DNA of 64,000 nucleotides, from NCBI GenBank assembly GCA_012365435.1, contig GCA_012365435.1_4518.1; one strand, 5' to 3'. This document shows, piece after piece, positions 57,853-64,000 of the stretch. Each line of letters opens with the position of its first letter. The first letter of the stretch is position 1. A model generated the notes under the pieces. The model was given only the letters and a program-made list of their open reading frames with translations, searched no databases and was not told where the DNA came from. A program made the position numbers and the translations under genes. Origin of the DNA: a phage.

Positions 57853-58068
57853 TTAAGCCTTTTTATCAAGAACAGAATTCAGTTTGTTAGTAATTTTATC
57901 CAGACGCTCATTGAACTCATTAGAAGATAAGCCCTTTTCTGGAGAAATTAAACTAATCACGAAAAATACACCAGTAAAAGGAATAAGAAAAATAGCTCCA
58001 ACTGCCATAAACAGAAAGAATGTTACAGTTGTAAGAAAATCAGCTAAACCTTTACGAAATTTATACAT
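57853..58068 (-). CDS. Small membrane protein (71 aa)
   Basis: ORF track; one long hydrophobic segment. Confidence 0.45.
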   Translation of the reverse strand: MYKFRKGLADFLTTVTFFLFMAVGAIFLIPFTGVFFVISLISPEKGLSSNEFNERLDKITNKLNSVLDKKA

Positions 58069-58175
58069 ATTTACCCTTAATTAACCAAGCGTTGATAAGC
58101 AAACCATATTGCGAATAAAATTCTGGACCAAAATGAAAAATCATATCATTTATAGTATCCATAATGTAATTCAAT

Positions 58176-58646
58176 TTAATCATGTTTCCACACCCCATCG
58201 GTATTTGACCAAAGTCGCTGATTATCTGATCCTCGCCACAACTTTTTGGTCGGAAGATTTTTCTCATACTTCCCATCAATAATAACATCAACATATTTAA
58301 GCATTTCTAGCTGTTTAATATCTTCAAACTTATATCCTGTCCACAACCAAATGCTTTTATTGGGATAAAGATTTTTAATAGTTTGAACTACAGAGTGAAT
58401 AACATCTCGGTTATCAGGATAGAGAGGGTCTCCTCCGGTTATAGTTAATCCTTCTATATAATCATTATTCAAACATTCAATTAATTGTTCTAGTGTCTCT
58501 CCAGTGAATGGAGCACCATTTCTAGCGTTCCATGTTGATTTATTATAACACCCTTCACATTTATGCAAACAACCTGTAACGAAAAGAACGACCCTGCAAC
58601 CAGGGCCATTAACAAAATCGCAAGGATAAAATCTATCATAATTCAT
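58176..58646 (-). CDS. nrdG: Anaerobic ribonucleotide reductase activating protein NrdG (radical SAM)
   Basis: 156 aa as T4 NrdG; CxxxCxxC cluster CLHKCEGC. Confidence 0.85.
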   Translation of the reverse strand: MNYDRFYPCDFVNGPGCRVVLFVTGCLHKCEGCYNKSTWNARNGAPFTGETLEQLIECLNNDYIEGLTITGGDPLYPDNRDVIHSVVQTIKNLYPNKSIWLWTGYKFEDIKQLEMLKYVDVIIDGKYEKNLPTKKLWRGSDNQRLWSNTDGVWKHD

Positions 58647-60460
58647 TGGTGTTTAACCCTATGCATGATTTCTTTATTTTTACCGAGATTAAATCCGCGT
58701 TCGTTCGGATTTCCCAAATAACCGCATGTCCTTCTTATAGTGTTCATCTTTTTAGGATCAGTTTCTCCACAAACTGAACAAACAAATCCGTTTTCAGTAG
58801 GAGTCATTTCATGAGTACTTCCGCATGTAAAACATTTATCTACTGGCATATTAACACCAAAATAATCTAAATGTTGTGCAGCATAATCCCACACGGCCTC
58901 AAGACCTTTTAGGTTATTTTTCATATCAGGAAGTTCAACATAAGAAATGTGACCACCTGTCGCAATGAAATGATATGGCGCTTCACGAGAAATCTTTTCA
59001 AACGGAGTAATATTTTCTTCTACTGAAACGTGGAAACTATTAGTGTACCAGCCTTTATCGGTAACATCTTTTACGCTTCCATATTTTTCTGTATCAAGTT
59101 TACAGAAACGATAACACAAGTTTTCAGCAGGAGTAGAATATAAACTAAAAGCAAATCCAGTTCTTTCGGTCCACTGTTTAAGATGAGCATTCATTTTAGT
59201 TAAAATTTCTTGCCCAATATCACGACCGACAAGAATATTCAATTCGTGAATACCAATGTATCCCAAAGACACTGAACTTCTACCGTTTTTAAATAACTCA
59301 ATTATATCGTCGTCAGGTTTAAGACGAACCCCAAATGCACCTTCTTGGTAAAGAATAGGAGCAACAGTCGCTTTAACTCCTTTTAAGGAACTAATTCTAC
59401 ACATCAAGGCTTCAAAACACAGATCCATTCGTTCATTAAATAGCTCAACAAATTTCTGTTCATTGAACTGTGTTCCAATATAAGAATCTAATGCGATACG
59501 AGGAAGATTCAGTGTTACAACACCAAGATTATTACGTCCATCAAGAATTTCATTACCAGTCGAATCTTTCCATACGCTCAAGAAACTACGGCAGCCCATT
59601 GGAGAAACCGGAACTGAAGAACCAGTAATAGCTTTATTATTCTTAACCGAAATAATGTCAGGATACATTCTTTTGCTTGCACATTCTAACGCAAGTTGTT
59701 TAATATCATAGTTTGGATCATCTTTATAAAGATTAACACCTTCTTCAACAAACATAACAAGTTTAGGAAAAATAGGAGTTATCCCATCACGACCGAGACC
59801 TTTAATCCGATTTTTCAGAATTGCCTTCTGAATCATTCGTTCAGTCCAATCGGTTCCCGTACCAAATGTAATTGTTACAAAAGGCGTTTGTCCGTTTGAA
59901 CTAAAGAGAGTATTTACTTCATATTCATAAGCTTGGAATGCATCGTATACGTCTTTTTCTGTTTTAGATTGAGCATAATTCAACGCATCAGCGATTTGCC
60001 ATTTTTCTGCATCTTCAACATGTTTAGCGTATGTACGTTTAACATAAGGAGAAAGAACTTTATCGACATTTGCAAATGTAGTTCCGCCATACTGATGTGA
60101 AGCAACTTGTGCAGTAATTTGTGCCATAATTGCAGTAGCAACACCAATCGATTTAGGCGTTTCAATTTGAGCATTGCCTAATTTAAATCCGTTCTCAAGC
60201 ATCCCCTTTAAATCGACTAAACAACAATTAGTAAACGGAAGAGCAGGAGAATAATCAATATCATGCATGTGGATAATTCCACTTTCATGCGCATTCATAA
60301 TAAAAGACGGGACCATATTTCTGGCAATGTGCTTAGACACAATACCAGCCATAAGGTCCCGTTGAGTTGGAAAAACACGAGAATCTTTATTAGCATTCTC
60401 GTTCAAAAGATCTTTATTAGTTTTATAAATTAATCCTTCAATTTCTTTTTCAATTTTCAT
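58643..60460 (-). CDS. nrdD: Anaerobic ribonucleoside-triphosphate reductase NrdD (uninterrupted)
   Basis: 605 aa; C-terminal glycyl-radical motif RTCGYLG and zinc ribbon CFTCGS...CSVCG; no intron. Confidence 0.9.
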   Translation of the reverse strand: MKIEKEIEGLIYKTNKDLLNENANKDSRVFPTQRDLMAGIVSKHIARNMVPSFIMNAHESGIIHMHDIDYSPALPFTNCCLVDLKGMLENGFKLGNAQIETPKSIGVATAIMAQITAQVASHQYGGTTFANVDKVLSPYVKRTYAKHVEDAEKWQIADALNYAQSKTEKDVYDAFQAYEYEVNTLFSSNGQTPFVTITFGTGTDWTERMIQKAILKNRIKGLGRDGITPIFPKLVMFVEEGVNLYKDDPNYDIKQLALECASKRMYPDIISVKNNKAITGSSVPVSPMGCRSFLSVWKDSTGNEILDGRNNLGVVTLNLPRIALDSYIGTQFNEQKFVELFNERMDLCFEALMCRISSLKGVKATVAPILYQEGAFGVRLKPDDDIIELFKNGRSSVSLGYIGIHELNILVGRDIGQEILTKMNAHLKQWTERTGFAFSLYSTPAENLCYRFCKLDTEKYGSVKDVTDKGWYTNSFHVSVEENITPFEKISREAPYHFIATGGHISYVELPDMKNNLKGLEAVWDYAAQHLDYFGVNMPVDKCFTCGSTHEMTPTENGFVCSVCGETDPKKMNTIRRTCGYLGNPNERGFNLGKNKEIMHRVKHQ

Positions 60461-60930
60461 TTTAAACTCTTTCTAAGCTGCTTTTTGAATGAAGCTATTA
60501 ATTGTGTTTTAGTATCAGATTCATTATATTCAAATCCTCTTTGAAGCATCTCAGCCATCATTTCCTCTTTACCTAGTCTTGAGAACTCTTTAGTTTTGTC
60601 TGGAACAAAATTAGGATGGATATTATTATCAGAATAATCTTGTTTCAAATAAGCAAGAAGAGCTTCAAGCCATTCGAGGTAGTCGACATCACGACCTTTA
60701 AGACCAGAACGGTTGAACTTATGCTTCATTTGGCCTTCTGCTGCGTTGCACAGAGAACAGAGTAACCCACGAACTCTACCAGCTTTTGGCCCGTTTAATT
60801 CATGGTCGTGGTCAAGATGGTTACCTTGAACATCAGGGTCTAATTCACGGTGGCAAATAGGACACTTACCGTTCTGTGCATCATAAAATTTTTGTTTTTC
60901 TTCTTTGTATTTTGCGCCTGATAATAGCAT
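60457..60930 (-). CDS. 49: Endonuclease VII gp49 (Holliday junction resolvase)
   Basis: 157 aa; near-identical to T4 endo VII (CPICHREL...HLDHDHELNG...LC.LCN) as recalled. Confidence 0.85.
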   Translation of the reverse strand: MLLSGAKYKEEKQKFYDAQNGKCPICHRELDPDVQGNHLDHDHELNGPKAGRVRGLLCSLCNAAEGQMKHKFNRSGLKGRDVDYLEWLEALLAYLKQDYSDNNIHPNFVPDKTKEFSRLGKEEMMAEMLQRGFEYNESDTKTQLIASFKKQLRKSLK

Positions 60931-61158
60931 GATAAACCCTTACCTTAAATAGATAAGGGTATTTATAATTTAGTAAACGTTATAAAAGTCTCGATGGAAA
61001 CGCTTATACTGGCGAATCATTCTTTTAGTAGGACGAGTTTCTGAAATAATTGAAGTCCTCATATTTGGATTGTTTGGGGCCCCAATCATAATAAATTTCC
61101 AAGATTTTTGGCCGTTTGTTCTTTCGCCAAAAAATAATGCAGTTTTCATAATAAGCCC

Positions 61159-61572
61159 TTAACTTAAACGTCTTTCTAAATATTCAATGTATTCCGCGGC
61201 GGCTTGCATCAGATTACCTTCATAACCGTCATTATTTTCTTGGGCGGCTAATTTAGCTAAAGCATAAGAAATACGTTCACCTTCGAATTCACCAAGTCCA
61301 CCATCACAAACTACTTGGTCAATTTCTTCGAGTTCATCTATTGAATGGGATTCCCAGAAGCACCAAAGAGAAGTATCACGGTCATAGATGCAAAGTTTCT
61401 CACCTGTGTTCAACATCACTTCGATAATGCCATGGTCGCCATAACCATCTTCGGTAGTAGTACCAATTACCTTGATGATTGTTCCTTTCTTTAATTCAGG
61501 AAACTTGACTTGTAGTTCTTCATCTTCTTTAACAATCTTGAACCATTTACCGCGAGTTTCAGAAATATTCAT
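61159..61572 (-). CDS. Hypothetical acidic protein (about 137 aa)
   Basis: Start at ATG (MNISETRG); track ORF extends upstream from a probable non-ATG codon. Confidence 0.5.
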   Translation of the reverse strand: MNISETRGKWFKIVKEDEELQVKFPELKKGTIIKVIGTTTEDGYGDHGIIEVMLNTGEKLCIYDRDTSLWCFWESHSIDELEEIDQVVCDGGLGEFEGERISYALAKLAAQENNDGYEGNLMQAAAEYIEYLERRLS

Positions 61573-61573
61573 A

Positions 61574-61771
61574 TCAATATTCTCTATAAAAGTTATGATG
61601 AGAACGTTTAGCTTTGCGAAGCTGACGTTTAGTAGGACGAACTGTAAATGGTTGTCCAGAGAAAAAATTCGGATCGGTTTTAATAAGCAAATACCAATCA
61701 TGCTTGCCGTTTTTTAATAAACGGTACAATAATTTAACTTGCATAATAATCTCTTCCCATTTCCAAATCAA
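61574..61771 (-). CDS. Small basic hypothetical protein
   Basis: ORF track. Confidence 0.35.
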   Translation of the reverse strand: MIWKWEEIIMQVKLLYRLLKNGKHDWYLLIKTDPNFFSGQPFTVRPTKRQLRKAKRSHHNFYREY

Positions 61772-61872
61772 TCATATCGTTTACTGTAGGTTCATCATAA
61801 CACGTTTCTTCGTCGTTGTAAACTGTTTCGACGTCTGGCTCGACAGTCTCCCATCGAGCAGAATACCACGGT

Positions 61873-62229
61873 TTAACCCCGGAGTTTATTGAGCTCTTCA
61901 TAATCAATCCAGGATTCTAGCCCTGACGGCAGGTCGCATTCAATGTTCCACAGAAGCTCTTTAATGGCTTGCAGGCGATTATATTCTTCAATGGTAATGG
62001 TAACCATTGGTGCAACCGGTTCTGCCTTTTTAACCATCATGTCGTTCATCAGGACGTAAAGGTCATCACGAACGACAGTGTCGTTCCATCCCCATGATTT
62101 GGCTTCGTAAGCTAATGATGAAGGGAGCACATTTAAAACTTCAATAATAGTTGGAGCATCAGGACCAAGTTCGTTGGCACAAACTTCGTATACATCCTGG
62201 AAATCTTTAAGATTTAATGAATATGTCAT
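61873..62229 (-). CDS. Hypothetical protein (118 aa)
   Basis: ORF track. Confidence 0.5.
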   Translation of the reverse strand: MTYSLNLKDFQDVYEVCANELGPDAPTIIEVLNVLPSSLAYEAKSWGWNDTVVRDDLYVLMNDMMVKKAEPVAPMVTITIEEYNRLQAIKELLWNIECDLPSGLESWIDYEELNKLRG

Positions 62230-62247
62230 TTAAAATTTTCTCGCAGG

Positions 62248-62544
62248 TTATTGTTCTACCCATGAACAAGAGACTTCAAAATCAGGACCACCGTATTCCC
62301 AGTGATATTCACCAACAGGAATCCAGTCACCGTGCTCGTTTTCTTCATAGTCCTCAGGCTCAAGGCCAACGAATCGCCATTGGACACCGATGATTCGATT
62401 ACCCATCATTACTCGAAATTCGCCCCATGGGTTATCGATAGCATACTGAATATCGTTCTTGGCACGAGAGCACATTTCTTGATATAATAAAGCTTCTAAT
62501 TCACCCTGGTCATAAGGGCCAGGGAAAGTTAAATCAATACTCAT
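62248..62544 (-). CDS. Hypothetical acidic protein (98 aa)
   Basis: ORF track. Confidence 0.5.
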   Translation of the reverse strand: MSIDLTFPGPYDQGELEALLYQEMCSRAKNDIQYAIDNPWGEFRVMMGNRIIGVQWRFVGLEPEDYEENEHGDWIPVGEYHWEYGGPDFEVSCSWVEQ

Positions 62545-62804
62545 TTAAAATATTCTCGTAGTTGGTCAAATCCACCAATGTGACTTCCGTCAGGAGCAAA
62601 CACTTGAGGCATAGTCAATCCAACTTGTGATTCACGTCCAAGCTTAACCAGAAGCTCAGCAATTTTCTCATCGTCGAACACACCTTTTTCCGGCATAACA
62701 TTAATGAATTCGAATGGCTGTTTCTTAACAGTCAGCAATCGTTTCGCATTATCACAATAAATGCATTTATGAATAGTAGAGTCATACCCGTACACTTTAA
62801 ACAT
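62541..62804 (-). CDS. nrdC: Thioredoxin/glutaredoxin NrdC
   Basis: From MFKVYGY 87 aa; CIYC active site; near-identical to T4 NrdC as recalled. Confidence 0.8.
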   Translation of the reverse strand: MFKVYGYDSTIHKCIYCDNAKRLLTVKKQPFEFINVMPEKGVFDDEKIAELLVKLGRESQVGLTMPQVFAPDGSHIGGFDQLREYFK

Positions 62805-63210
62805 TATTTTTCCTTTCATCGATTAAATATGCAATGCCAAATACAATACATGTAATAAAACCTGTGATACAGATAGAAACCAACAACACTGTACCAAAGA
62901 ACCAAATCAAGTTATCTTTAGTAGTTTGTTTGATATCCATCTCACGAATTTCTATAGCTATCGTATCACCTTTATTCAGAAGCGTATAAAACGATGGCGA
63001 TACACGCCTGTCAAAAACTCGTCCTTGCTCATCTTTATAGACTGCAATAAATTCCAATTTAGAATATTTTCCTGTAGATTGTCCTGAGATTAATTCCACT
63101 ACCTCCACAGGAATTACTTTAGTTTCCATGTAAGTATTCTGGCTGTTCCAAATGAATGGAATAATAGCAAAAACTAAAGCTGCGATAAAACAACGAAGGC
63201 TATATCTCAT
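62797..63210 (-). CDS. Membrane protein (137 aa), nrdC.1-position
   Basis: ORF track; N-terminal and C-terminal TM segments. Confidence 0.5.
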   Translation of the reverse strand: MRYSLRCFIAALVFAIIPFIWNSQNTYMETKVIPVEVVELISGQSTGKYSKLEFIAVYKDEQGRVFDRRVSPSFYTLLNKGDTIAIEIREMDIKQTTKDNLIWFFGTVLLVSICITGFITCIVFGIAYLIDERKNNV

Positions 63211-63515
63211 TATAATGTTCTCTCAAAATTGTGGAAGCATTTACGGCATTTCAATTTCAAGTTATCAGTGGTCCAGTTAACCAGTTGGACTTGGATAGTT
63301 CCACATTCCGGACATGGGTGTTTTGCTGCCGATTTGGCAGCATTTTCACGTCGTTCAACCATTTTCATTATTTCGTTCCATGCTGGAGGAACGAACTCTT
63401 CTTCATCATGAATTTTATCTCGCTGAACAAATTCAATCTTTGAACTATCATCAATAAACTTAACTAAGCCATGATTAGTGCTCATATCAATATCCTCTAG
63501 AAGACGTAGTTTCAT
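63210..63515 (-). CDS. Hypothetical zinc-binding protein (101 aa)
   Basis: ORF track; CPECG...CRKC motif pair. Confidence 0.5.
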   Translation of the reverse strand: MKLRLLEDIDMSTNHGLVKFIDDSSKIEFVQRDKIHDEEEFVPPAWNEIMKMVERRENAAKSAAKHPCPECGTIQVQLVNWTTDNLKLKCRKCFHNFERTL

Positions 63516-64000
63516 TATAAAACCTCAATGGCATTTCGTAAACCGTCAGCTTTCGCATTCAGAGCTTTTAATGATTTAGTTTGTTCTGCAATCTGGGCTT
63601 CGACTTCTTTCAGACGAGATTTGAGATACTCACGTTCTTCGGCCATGATATCGACCTTTTCTGCTTTAGGTTCTTTAATAGGCTTAGACTTAAACACATT
63701 AGGATTCTTCAGTTTAATTCGAATTCGAGAACTGAATAACATTGAACCGTTATCTTCGGTTTCGTCGAACATTTCAACAACATCCATAGTCTGTAACATC
63801 ACGCAGAGTTTATAAGACAACGAACGAATAGTTTTGTTGTGCTTATTAATTTCTTCGGCTTTCATGGTACCGAGATTACGTGAGTAATAATAAGGAACCT
63901 GGATATCAATTGATAATGATGCGTTACCATTACCAGTTGGTTTGAATACTGCAGTAACCCAATCTTTAACATGAACTTTATTTGTACGGCCATCACCGCC
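63515..64000 (-). CDS. Hypothetical protein, probably 5'-truncated by window edge
   Basis: Track ORF 63515-63865; the same frame stays open to the window end and the ATG at 63863-63865 lacks an RBS. Confidence 0.4.
   Translation of the reverse strand, partial: GGDGRTNKVHVKDWVTAVFKPTGNGNASLSIDIQVPYYYSRNLGTMKAEEINKHNKTIRSLSYKLCVMLQTMDVVEMFDETEDNGSMLFSSRIRIKLKNPNVFKSKPIKEPKAEKVDIMAEEREYLKSRLKEVEAQIAEQTKSLKALNAKADGLRNAIEVL

Noticed and set aside
58643-60460. Group I intron or homing endonuclease in nrdD, as T4 has with I-TevIII
   Set aside because: nrdD is a continuous 605-aa ORF ending in the glycyl-radical motif, with no intervening non-coding block.
1-64000. tRNA, rRNA, integrase, transposase or prophage boundary
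   Set aside because: None seen by eye. The region is densely packed phage early and late genes, and the T4 tRNA cluster lies in a different part of the genome.

Overview
This 64-kb window is one contiguous segment of a T4-like (Tevenvirinae) myophage genome, with no host DNA. By gene order and protein sequence it is closest to the RB69 type: the 903-aa gp43 and an unsplit gene 39 match my memory of RB69, but I could not run a search. On the + strand it carries the 3' end of long-tail-fibre gene 35, then genes 36, 37, 38 and holin t. Everything else is on the - strand, in T4 order: asiA, motA, 52, ndd, denB, rIIB, rIIA, 39, dexA, dda, srd, modA, modB, soc, 56, 61, sp, dmd, 41, 40, uvsX, 42, 43, regA, 62, 44, 45, rpbA, 46, 47, 55, nrdH/nrdG/nrdD, 49 and nrdC, interleaved with many small ORFs of unknown function. 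I see no tRNA or rRNA genes, CRISPR arrays, transposons, integrases, introns or homing endonucleases. Regulatory signals visible by eye are T4 late promoters (TATAAATA), many early sigma70-type promoters (TTTACA-like -35, about 17 bp, TAnnnT -10), MotA-box middle promoters, C(UUCG)G-type hairpin terminators and the gp43 translational operator. The most interesting content is what sits where T4 has its glucosyltransferases. The alpha-gt and beta-gt slots hold no glucosyltransferase. Instead there is a GT-B-like glycosyltransferase between rIIA.1 and gene 39, and a five-gene module between genes 42 and 43: a KdsD-like sugar-phosphate isomerase, a HAD phosphatase, a nucleotidyltransferase-kinase fusion, a U32-like Cys-rich enzyme and a small ORF. 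I read this as a phage-encoded pentose (arabinose-type) donor pathway for hmC hypermodification; that is inference from motifs, not a search result. Other points worth a second look are an Arr-like putative ADP-ribosyltransferase inserted between dmd and 41, an Imm-family membrane protein beside sp, and a triplet of tandem paralogues upstream of dexA. Functional calls rest on motif recognition and synteny from memory. Gene coordinates mostly follow the supplied ORF track; starts I moved and all motif coordinates were derived by hand and may be off by 1-2 nt.
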